Origin: Vitrella brassicaformis CCMP3155 | Lineage: Eukaryota > Protista > Chromerida | Direction of reading: 5' to 3' | Length of the DNA stretch: 64,000 bases | Assembly: GCA_001179505.1 (NCBI GenBank) | Contig: CDMY01000086.1 | Coordinates: 131,520-195,519 of the forward strand | Program-made: the position numbers and the translations under genes | The notes under the pieces: model-generated | Seen by the model: only the letters and a program-made list of their open reading frames with translations | Told to the model about the DNA's origin: nothing | The model's database searches: none | Shown here: positions 1 through 11,500 of the stretch, in pieces | How the letters are laid out: every line of letters begins with the position of its first letter | Numbering within the stretch: position 1 is the stretch's first letter

Positions 1-3000
1 CCTGTGAGCCGAGGAGGATGTGGGCGTGGAGGCACGAGCGTGGGCGTCAACCTCACTCAGGATGCCATTCAACGCCTGACGCAGGCACACACACCACACC
101 ACACCACACACATTCAGCACACACACGGACGCGCCCATCCCATCCCATCCTTGCTTCCTTGCTTCCGTGGGCGACTGGCTAGCGCGAGGGTAGGGAGTGT
201 GGCTGTGGTGGCTGTGGTGGCCTTACAATGACGTGATCGCAGATGTCTTGGTCTTGTGCTGCTTGTGCGGCCTGGGTGGCGGCTGCGTCCCAAGAAGTGG
301 CATTCCCCTTGTCACCACGCGAATCGCCAGCTGATGAATACCCCACACCCTTGGCGAAAAAAGATCCACCTGGGGAGGCACAGTGTCATAGTTAACACAA
401 GCAGACAGACAGAGATGGATGGATGGACGCACAAGTGACTTAAACGGTCGACCGTCTGTCTGTGTGTGAGTCTGTCTGTCTGTCTGTCTGTCATCCATGG
501 ATATCTATCTGAGAGCGGCCCGTTAGTGAGTGCCGTACCGTCGGTGTTCTTGGCCGATGACGAGGGTGGCTTGCGCACCACTGCAGGGACCTCGCCGCCT
601 TCGACAGACAACGGAAGCAAGCAAGGAACGAACCGTATGGGCCATCAAGCAACCGTATGGCACGGCATGGCCTGGCCTGGCTGCTTGTGTGTATGGTCCG
701 TCACTGTAGGGCGAATGAGTGAATGAGTTGCCTGCGTACCTTGGAGGGCCGAGAGTGCCTTTTTGACGCATGGCCCTGTGTCTTGAATCTTGGCCGACAG
801 CGTGAGGGTGTGGCTGGTGCTGGGTGCCAGGTCACACAGCAACGCTATCTGGGCCAGGTGACGCTCACTGATCGATCGATCAGTCAACCAAAGCACACAC
901 ATGCGATGCGTCCATCCATCCATCCAGCAATGAATACTCTTAAGACAAGGAAAGGCTTGCTGTGATGTGGTGGGCCAGCCCAGCCCACGTGCACGTGTGT
1001 ATGTGTATGAGTGCGTACATGGGGTGGTAGGCGGCATCCAAGTTGTCGTGCGCCGAGAAGTCTACCGCGGCATATGACTGGATGAACCGGAGGAAGAACT
1101 CTGACACACGCAGGCAGGCAGGCAGGCAATGCAGGCGATTCAAAGCAATGCGATGGATCGAGAGGTGTACGTGTGAATGTCTCTCACGCACGTACCGATG
1201 ATCTCAGAGGCTTGAACTGTCGGGTTCCAGCCCCTGACATGATGATAGACAGACAGACAGACAGGGGGCGGGGCGCAGGAAGGAAGGGAGGACTCCTGGT
1301 GCAGGTCGGTTGACCTGACCCATTCATGCATGTGTGCCATTGAGGGTAGGCAGGTACCTGAGGGTGATAAGGGGATGGCAGGTGAGCGAGTCGAACATGG
1401 ACACGTTGGGAGACACCCGAGGGTCGCTGACATACACACCCACACATCAATCATGCGTGCCATTGTCTGTGTGTGCGCTTCGGAGCGTCCGTGAGTGCGT
1501 ACATGAATCGCAGTCGTGGCCGGACGTATATCAGCTGAGGTGGATAGAAGGGGTGCAGGTCGTCCTGACACACGGCACGACACCACATCCCAGCACACAC
1601 GTCTGTGGCTGTCGTGCCGTGTTGTCTCAAGGGAGCGTGCGTGTGATGTGGGTGAGGTGACCTTGAAGTGGAGTTCGAATATGATAGCCCCGTCGAAGCC
1701 CTGGTCAGACAGGGTCTTCAGGTCTTGAGAGATAGTCGACTCCGCCGCGAAGGCCTCGCGAGGCAGGACCACACGCCAGTTGTACACACTGCACACACAC
1801 ACACACACACACAGACAGACAGACAGACAGATAAACGGAATCAATTGCAACCCAGGCTGACTCAGAGTCAAAGCCCACATTATTGATGCAGCCCCTCCGT
1901 ACCTGTCTTCGATTGCATCAGCGTTCCATCGGAGGCTCTGCTCCTGGATTCGGAGAAGCTCATTGGAAAGGATCTGAAAGGCCTCCTGGGAGGTAAAAAT
2001 CTGGCGCTTCGCAAACTGGTCGATATTGTGCTTCTGCAGGCAGCGGCCGCGCACACACATACACATACATAGGCGGGTCGGTGAAAGGCATGTGTAGCTG
2101 AGAGGTGCGTCAGTATCAGTCATGTCACGTGTGCGTCCGTCCCACCGACCGACCTGTTTCTTTGACATTCTGAATTCCTCGGCCTGTTTCCATTTGATCT
2201 TCTTGTGGTACTTCTGCTCCGTCTTGGCAACCTCCCCCTCTTCCTCCAAGTCGTAACCCTGCTGGTCGTCATACTCTACATGGCATGGATGGCACAGTCC
2301 GGTAGGTGAACACAAGCAGGTCAGACAGAACACTTGTGCGTGTACCCACCCCCTGCCTGTCCTGCGTTCTGTCCTGTCCTTCCCGCGCTTGCTTGGTTCC
2401 TTCCTTGGCTGCTTACCGTCGTCATAGGCAATATCTTCGTCGTCGTGCTGCTCGTCGGCGTCCCTCATCTCCTCGTCCACACAGGTACCGCCACGACCCG
2501 CTGGCTGAGGAGAAGAAGAAGGCAGGTTGCCATCGCCTTCAAGCAAGTCCTGTCGGACACAGAAAGAAACACACGTATGTACGGAGAATGCAACCGTACA
2601 TTACGTACGGCCAACCCATGACATGCAGCCAGGCAATGTGTGTCATGGATAGGTGGACAGTGCGTGTCTAGTTAGGTGAATCGATAAATCAGGAAGGAGA
2701 ATGCGTGGTGGCTACCTGGATGACAGTTCCGACGGCAGGAGGGAACCCCGCCGTCATCAGCTTGTCCGCCATGATTCGAAGGACGGCGCAAAGGCTGCAT
2801 GAGTCACTCTTACACGACACACACGCACACGCGCAAAGTGAAGAGGGACAAAGACGTGCATCGCGCGCAGGTCCAGAGTGAGAGCTTGCTGTTAGTCGTA
2901 CCTTTTGGAGTGTTTCATTGACTTGCTCGATGAATGCGTCGTTACCGTCGCTATCAGACATGACCCAGCACTCACCAGAAGGATAAATCTCTATGTCCCT

Positions 3001-3240
3001 GTTGGTCGGAAAGACAGAGGGCACACACATGAAAACGTCGACACTGCGTGTGTGTGAGCGTGAGTGTGTGCGTGCTTACCCCCAGTGCAGCGAGAAGCGC
3101 TGGTTGAATACGCGGACGCTGACTGAGTCGTCAACCACCTCGTCGCCCAATTTGAAGAGGCCCTTCTCAATGGCGTCATGATGCCGACTCGCGAGGGACG
3201 AATTCAGCGCCAGCAGCGCCTTCTTGAGCTTCGAGCTCAT
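1..3240 (-). CDS. UBE2Q-like ubiquitin-conjugating (E2) protein, multi-exon, 3' end beyond window; probable second BIRC6/UBE2O-type E2 module downstream
   Basis: ATG at 3240 reads MSSKLKKALLAL. Spliced exons give VYNWRVVLPREAFAAESTISQDLKTLSDQGFDGAIIFELHFK, DDLHPFYPPQLIYVRPRL and LTCHPLITL..GWNPTVQASEII (UBC fold with catalytic-position Cys). An exon at ~231-381 reads FFAKGVGYSS...WDAAATQAAQAAQD. Confidence 0.72.
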
Positions 3241-3557
3241 CTAGCTATGGACGGCGCGGAGAGCGCTGTCGACAACCAGTGGTGCACACCCACACAGGAA
3301 GATAATTACTCGATGTTCAGAGATCGCTTAAAAGCTGTCGTAGATCCAAGGCTCGCAGCTAAGCTCGCATAGATCTGCATTGCCCCTTTTGGAACCAACG
3401 AGGCGCTTCACATATGCATATGAACTCAGGTAGACACAATGTGCCGTCATTGCAATGATGCTGTCTGCGCTGTGCCTCTGCTTTGACCTTTGTCTGTCAG
3501 AGGTGTGATTGAACTCATACGTGCCGTGCAAGTTCAATCACCGTCGGAGAGGCAGAC

Positions 3558-6500
3558 GTGTCCTGGCTCTCGTCCTCAGCCCCTGCCGTGGAGAAGAGTG
3601 AGGAAATGCGCGCGTGGCTGCAGAGTGAGATCGATGAGTTCGTCAAGAGACGGCACCAGCATGGGACCTTCCAAACAGCGTTGCGGAAGAAGCAGCTGCA
3701 CCAGATTGAGAAGACCAGGCGGCTGCCGAAGGTGATTGTTGTGGTCCGGCGGCTGCCCTTTTACATCCAGTACGACGCAGAGACCCAGCAGTTCTCCCAC
3801 TTCACGGGTGACTTCCGCATCGACGTGTCCAAGTGCCTCCCCAAAGAGGCCATCATGCCGCTCTCGCAGTCGGACGAGGTCATCCCCACCAACGATGCAG
3901 TGGTGGACACGGCGGCCGGCGGGGCGGGGGGGAACCCATCGCAGCAAGACATGACACGCGATATTGCAGCCCCGCTTCCCCCCACCCCAGCGACGGCCGA
4001 GGCATGTCCACCGCCCCAGGCCCCTGCTGATGGAGGTGCCTCCAGCCGTGCGGGCACCCCCTTAGAGAAGGTCACGGTGGGAAGCCCGGGGATAGAGGTC
4101 GGTCACAGAAAGGGGCAAGCACGACACGCGGCAGACAATGAACATCTCTCCGTGTTCTCTCTTTGCTGATCATGCAGATAGCCGATCCAGAGCTGCGTGA
4201 TCGTCTGAAGCGCTACTTGAAGGGAGGGACGCACGGCAAGAAGGCAACCGACACGGGAGGGGGCGGAGGAGAGACCCAGGACAACTCACATTGGGACATC
4301 GAGGGTGAGACAGCGCACGTGTCTCACGGAGGAGAGGACTTACTTTCTTTGTGTCTGGATGGATGTTAGGGACTGCGGACCCCTCGCTCAACTGCGTTCC
4401 GTAAGCACGGGTTTCAGGCCCAGAGATGGGCAGCGCCACACACCCTGCTCTCCTGGCCCCCAGTTACCCCTTTGTTGATTCTGTGCAGTGTGTTTTTGGA
4501 CGACGAGACAATGGATGACGCCTACTGTCAGTCAATCCTGTCGCCGCTCTTCCACTACCGCACCCCCCCAATTGGGACAGGATACGAGGTGACTGTACTG
4601 GGCAATCAGGCTGTGGGGCGCTGAAGTGCAGCTCTGTGTGCTGTGTTTGACAGGTGGGGGTGGAGGAGTGGTCTGCCTACGCGCGGGTGAATTCTATATT
4701 CTGCGACATGGTTCGCAGCGTATACGAGGAGGGCGACATCATTCTCGTCTTTGACTACCACCTTATGCTGCTGCCCAAGCTGCTTAGAGAGGTAAGCAGA
4801 GACGTCTGGGCGCAGAAGTGACCTCGCCATGGACGCGTGTGCTTTCAGCACCTTCCCCACGCGCACATTGGTTTCTACCTCAGCACTGTATTCCCATCCT
4901 CAGAGATGTACAGGATACTGCCACAGCGTGAAGAGCTGTTGCGCGGTGTCTTAGCTGCGAACCTGGTCAGCCTCCTTTGTGGTTTAGCTCGCGGCTTCAC
5001 ATCGTGTTGATGTGACTCAGGTGGGTTTCCACAGCTTCCAGTACAAGCGGCACTTTCTCACTGCATGCACTCGGGTCTTGGGAGTGGAGTGCAAGGCAGA
5101 AGGCATCGAAGCTTGTCCGGAAGCGGGTGGATGCGGTGTGGACTGATGCAAACGACCCACGCTGACACTTCCTATCCGTGATGCAACACTTGTCTCCCTC
5201 TCTGTTAGGTTCCCGTGTTGTGACTGTCCCCCGAGGGATAAACCCTGACCCATGGCTGTCCGAGATGAACAAAGAAGCGACTCTCTTTCAGATACAGGAG
5301 CTCAGCAGCAAATTCCAAGGCAGGAAGGTCCTTTTGGGGATCGATACGCTCGACTACATCAAAGTAGGGATGGGGAGGACGGTTGGCATCCGTGTCTTCG
5401 TTTGTCTCTGCGCTTTGCGATTTGTGTCTCAGGGCATTCCTCACAAGATGATGGCCTTCTACAAGTTCCTTCACAACTATCCTGAGTGGGCCGCGAACTG
5501 CATCTATCTACAGGCACGAACGCCGGACGAATTGAGACAAGTGAGAATTTGATTTCTGCCGCAGATCACACTTCCGTTGGTAGGAGGTCGATGCGCCGTG
5601 GATCCGGCCAGAAGGCCTGCATCGATATTGGTCTCAGGAATCTGCTGGTGACGAGGAAATCACTATCGACAAAGCCGACAGGTAATAGTATACTGGGGTC
5701 GTGATAGCTCAGTGAATCCCTTGCTTGTCTATGGTCTCGCGGACAGACAAGAGATCCTCTACCAAGTGTACCAAGTTGCCGGCGCCATCAACGCGCAATT
5801 TGGGTCCTTTGATGCCGTCCCTGTCCACTTTCTCCATCAACGATTCACGTTCGCCTTGGCTGAATCCACTGACCACCTCTTCCTTTCTCTCGCACATTTT
5901 CTCCGTCAGATTCCAAGAACTTGTGCCTGTCTACGCCCTGGCTGACGTTGGCCTCATTACATCCCTCAGGGAATCTCTGAGCTTCACTGCCTACGAATTC
6001 ATCCTTTGCCAACAGTCAACAAATCGTGGAGTGCTGATACTCAGCGAATTCTCGGGTATAAACAATAGACAACAATCCAGAGAAACAGCCATCCTCTGTT
6101 CGTTCCAGGCTCTGCCCAGTCGCTGGGAGCGGCGGCAATATGCGTAAATCCATGGGACACAAACGGGTAGGGTGGGTGAGTTCTTTTTTTCTGCTTGGGT
6201 CAGTATCGTGAGGCGTTACTTCGCAGATTCGCTGCAGCCATTCATGACGCCGTCATCATGAACGACGAAGAGAAATCAAAACGGCACGAGTACGCCTATA
6301 ACTACGTCATGAAACACACAGCACACCGAGTAAGAAAAGACGTACGGACTGCTTTGGATTCGCTCTGCGTATTGTTGTTCAATATCCTCAGTGGGGCGAG
6401 CGCTTGCTTGATGAGTTTAAGGAGGCGATCAGCGAAATGGAGGTCGGTAATAGACCCACGTACGTAGACAGGCATCAATCAATTACGGCATAGATCAAAT

Positions 6501-8210
6501 ACCAATCGATCAGATGTCGAGTCTCCACATCCCTCCCCTTCTTTCCCGTAAGTTGGAAGTGGCAGGCGAATTTTCCGTCGAACTCCGAGTGCCAAATCTG
6601 TCCAGACGACGAGGTTTTGCGGGCTTTCTTTCATCCGGCCATCAAGCAGGTGACTCGGATTGAGTGATGCATGGCGTCAGGTCTGACTGGGTGTTATGCA
6701 GCGGATAATCGTGCTGGGTTTCAGAGGCACTTTATTCCCGAGTAAACTTGGCGGTGGCGACGTGTACGCTGCGGAGATTTTCGGCCATGTACGGTTGAGC
6801 GCGCTCAACCAACAGTCGCTTTCCGTAAGACAGCCTATCGTAGGCAGAACAGCCTGTGATGTTGCAGACAGCGTATGTCTGTATTCAGGTGCTGGCACAA
6901 GACCCACGGAACGTCATCATCATTGCCTCCTCTTCTTGCCGCTCGGTATGTGTAGACGAATGCAAGTGTCTCATCGAACGGACGTTTGTCTCTCTGTGTG
7001 TGCGTGTGTCTGCGTACAAAGATAATGGACAAAGCTCTCGGCACTCTGAAAGACAGGGTTTGGGTGAGTGCCTTTTCAACTGAAACACAAGGCATCTATT
7101 CCGTTGCATTTCATGATCTCCTCAACCCTTCAGATGATGGCAGAGAACGGTCATTGCGTCAAGTAAGCAGTGCCAGAAGTCAGTGCTTTTTGGTGACGTT
7201 TTTGCTGACTACTCAGGGCAATAGGCGATTCATGGAAGTGGGAAAAGGACGACTTAGATCTATCATGGAAGGAGGCGGTCAAAGACATACTCAAGTATTT
7301 TGTCCAGCGAACACCTGGTATATACACATCTACACATTTACAGATTTGGTTCGCTGACGAAACGAGGTGTTTGCCGCAAACTTGCAGGTTCTGTGACTTA
7401 TGAAACCGAGACTTCGGTTTCGTGGGTTTATCAGAATACACAGGTGAAAACAAACTACGAAGACTAGAACGTGACGGAACCATTGTGGGCTCGGCTTATG
7501 CAGAGGGACCACGGCGCGATCCAGGCCCGTGATTTGTTAATTCATCTTTGGGCTGGCCCTTTAGTGGCGTCGGGCGCTGATGTCGTGGTCGGCACGCAGA
7601 GCGTTGAAGTGAGACACGGCGAAGTGAGCAAAGCGTCGGCGCTAGGTGAATGAATACGTAATGTATCTTATACATATTGTGGAGTTCGTTATACTTTGAA
7701 TGGAATTGTTCAGACAAAATTCTGGCGACGATCATTCCAAGCGAATCGAGTGTCCTTCCGAGCGAAAGGGTATCATTAATTCACCAGCGAACGCACCTGT
7801 AAAGCCCCTGTGTGTTCACTTCCCTCAGCTTTTCCTGTGCATCGGAAATTTTCTTATGAGAGACGAAGACGTAGGTGCAAAGAATGCGAAAACAAAGTAC
7901 TAACGCAACACCTAAGTCTCCTGCGGCTCTTACAGGTCTTTACGACAATTCACAAGTATGCGTCTGGACTGGAAACACCTGCCAGTGAGGGACCAAAGTC
8001 GACCACCGCGAGTTCCCACTTTTGTGCCACGGTCGGCCGTAAGAACTCGCGTGCCCAATATCATGCGTTTGATGCACAAGTGAGAAGGAAACCTACATGA
8101 GTACATGTGACGTATGAAAACCGTACTTCTTTTTGCAGGATGTCGGCTTCCTACTCGCGAAGTTGTCTCATCGGCAGGCAGCAGCAGACAATAAGGGAGC
8201 TCGGCACTAG
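3558..8210 (+). CDS. TPS: Trehalose-6-phosphate synthase/phosphatase (GT20 + HAD) family protein, many short exons; true start uncertain (upstream of ~3558)
   Basis: Exons read KVIVVVRRLPF, GDIILVFDYHLMLLPKLLRE, GFYLSTVFPSSEMYRILPQREELLRGVLAANL, GFHSFQYKRHF, KVLLGIDTLDYIKGIPHK, GVLILSEFSG, VNPWD, RIIVLGFRGTL and FCATVGRKNSRAQY..DVGFLLAKL. TAG at 8208-8210. Confidence 0.9.
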
Positions 8211-8512
8211 ATAGTGGTGACGCATATGTGCCGATGACAGTGTGTCCGTTGCCGAGGCGCTGTGGCCCCCCGCAGCAGCTGATATGGGGTGCCAGCAGCT
8301 GATATGGGGTGCGGCAAGGCAGTCGACGATGACGCTAGTATGGTCTATGTTATCGCACATCATTGAACTCCCTTAGTCGTAAGTCTGCAGGTGATATGAT
8401 GTACATTGTTTGTTGACATTGTCAATCCACAGTCTCATGCTGTACAGACATTACTAGTAACCGCATGCTACTGCACAAATGCATTGCTTTATTCTCTACA
8501 ATCATGGCAGCT

Positions 8513-11500
8513 TCACAAAACACAAGCCTCACTGGTCAACCGTCGGACACCTCCGTAGTACAAATCGTGAAACCGACTGGATTTGTCTTCCAACAGAACG
8601 GATGGCCTCCCAACCTGCCCAAAAGCACGAAGCCATTGCTCACAATTGTAGGCTTCTGTTGCTTGCATACCTCAACCAGCTCGGAATGGTCGAACACGAG
8701 GACGCGATCACAGTGCTGCGCAGAGAATCGAGCTTTAGCAATTGAGCCCGCATGGATGCGTGAGCAAGTTTCATACCTGAACAACGCTTCGCAAGCGATG
8801 CGTGATCATCACCACAGTCTTGTCCCTGCATCATCAGAACGCAGGCAGCAGCGACACATCGATGCCCGTGAGTAATAAGCCACCTCAAGTGACGATGCAG
8901 GGAATTGAAGATCATACTGTCTTGCCCGACGTCCACACAACTACCAGAGCAGAAGGTGCAAACGTGCTCACTGCAGTTTTCGACATGAAACGGCCTCTAA
9001 AGTTACCTGGAAGCTTCGTCGAGAAGGATGACACGACTGTCCTTCAATACTGCTCGACAGAAACAGAGAAGCTGTTTCTGGCCCAGCGAAAGCCTCTCAT
9101 CAGTCGATCTGGATGCTTCTTGACTCTTCTTTTTGAGATAGAATAGTTGCCGGCCTTGAGACTGCTGACTATCCCTGTCCCGACTGTCTGTGCTGAGTCT
9201 CCTCCGATTACGCTTAGCACAAACACTTGCACTCTTCGGCCGAAAGCTGTCCGTGATGATCGCGCCTGTCGCGGCGTCTGCGGTCTCCAACAGCAGGGGT
9301 TTCGAGTCGCTTCGGTCCCGTCGTCGCCTTGAACAGACGAAGGATACTGTCCTTCTGCGAGTCGGGGCGTACTCTTTTTCGTCATGACTGTTGTCGGAAG
9401 CTGCCGTTGTTGTTGTCGTCTGTTGACGAAAGGAAGGCTGGAGCGAGGGCACAGGCCCTGGAAGCTCTTCCTTCTTTCTCCTGTTGTAGCTCTTTCGTAG
9501 TTGCCTTGGTCGTTGACGAAATTCCAGGTATGAGATGTTCTCGTCGGTGCAAATAGTCTCGTCCAATCCCTGCCTCACATTACCGTAGATCAAGAGAAAC
9601 CGGACAGGCGCGATGCTTTTCTAGTTTTTCAGTACCTTTGCGAAGCAGCGAACAAGGTCTGCGATTCCGAAAGCATTGAGAACTTCCCAAATTTGCTCGT
9701 CCGTGCAGCGATTAGATGGGTCCAGATTGTGACGGACCGATCCGGAAAACAAGACGGGATTCTGCGGCACGATGGCAATCTGGGAGCGCAGTTCTTCAAG
9801 CCCGATGTTCGCACTGTCAATTCCGTCAATGAAAACCTGCCCGTCAAAATCCACCATCCTGGAAGGTACAACAAACAGACACCTTGAAAAAAGCACGCTT
9901 CATAGACAGCCTCATCCATCACTGACCGCAGCAGTGCCATACAGATGGACGTCTTTCCAGCGCCAGAGCGTCCAACAATCCCCACGGTTTCGCCTTGCTG
10001 GACAGTGAAGTTAATGCAACTCAGCGCGGGAGGACACGCAGGCCGATATCTGAGAGTGACATTTCTGAACTCGATTGCACCGGAGACCGCTTGCCAGGTC
10101 CTGATGCTGTTTGAGAGCTGTTGCTGCTGCATCCTGCATCGCGCATCATGAATATGAGAGCATCCGACCATATTCTTCTTCCTACTTGCGTTGATCGCGG
10201 CCCTTTTGACTCTTCGTTAGCTTGGTGGCTGCAAGCAAAGAGCAAGCAAAGAGGCGAAGAAAGGGAAATGACAAAAATTGAACCGCAATGCCCTTCGAAA
10301 GACAGCCAGGACCTAGAACATTGCTGCTCAAAGAACTCAGATTCGTCAGGCCGTTCTCCCTCTCCATCTGAATGCAGTCAAAGGTTCTCAGCACTCGTCA
10401 CCGCTGTCTGTCGCTCCAGTCGAAGCCTACCGTTGCGTATTCCCACAACCGCTCGATCGATACCATATGCCTCTCAACCCTGACATGCAATTACATGCAA
10501 TTAGACCTGTTAGCCTTCCGTACAATCACCTCTTCGCCTCACGTGGTAGCCATCCGTATAGTGTGGCTCATGAGAAAGACGATTCTGTTGGTTGCATAGA
10601 GCGCCAACGCCGTTCCAGCAGCCTGGCTCACCAGCGTGCTGCTTTCCAGGCGCATTCCGAAGCCGAAAAAAAGGGGGGCCAGAGAAAGGGAGATTATCGA
10701 AAAGGTCCACACCACCCCTGAGCACGATTCTCGTTGTCAAAGCGCTGAAACAGGGGTTTTTGGCCATCGTGCTGACCGATCAGCTCGAGACGCAGTGAGA
10801 ACCACCCCTCTAGGCAGTAGTTCGCGAATCCTATGCGCTGGTTCTCTTCTACGTGCTTCTTGTACTCGGCAAAGTACCTTTCCTCCGCTCTACACGAGAA
10901 TACTGCTTCTTTCACTTTACGATAATCGCGTCTTTATGTGTTTGAATCCCACCTGAATGCCCTGATGATGGTGATACCCGTGAGTAGGTCCGACAAAGTG
11001 CCATAAATCGGCGAACGACTGACGTTCTCAAGTCTCTTGATTTCCCTGCGTTCATTTTGATACAGAAGACAAAATCACACGTGATTTGTTTCAGTCCGTG
11101 GTTTGTACCTCATTCTGCCGCCATAAAGGAAAGCTATTTTCAGGTAGATCAGGCTGATGAATGGGAGCACGAAGATCAGCAGTGGAACAGCAGCAGCGAG
11201 AAGACAAACTGTCGACCACAATGATGCTGTAAGATGTGGAAACAGACAGCATGCATGGGAAGGACTGCATTTCGTCTTGCTACCTGCCGCGCCGATAGTG
11301 ATCTTGTCGGAGCATATCAGAGGGAAACGACAGACACACACATCAATCATCAAGAAAGAGACTCATACAGGCTGCTACCTGTAAAGTACTTGGCAGGAAC
11401 TCATCGACGGTGAAAATGTCTGACAGCGTATTATGTGTGACAAAAAAGCAAGCCTTCCGTTTCGGTTGTCAGTTGCCTACCGTCTGATAGACGATTCATC

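Noticed and set aside
3178-3372. 64-aa plus-strand ORF overlapping the E2 start
   Set aside because: No recognisable motif. It may contain the first TPS exon, but I could not establish a splice path.
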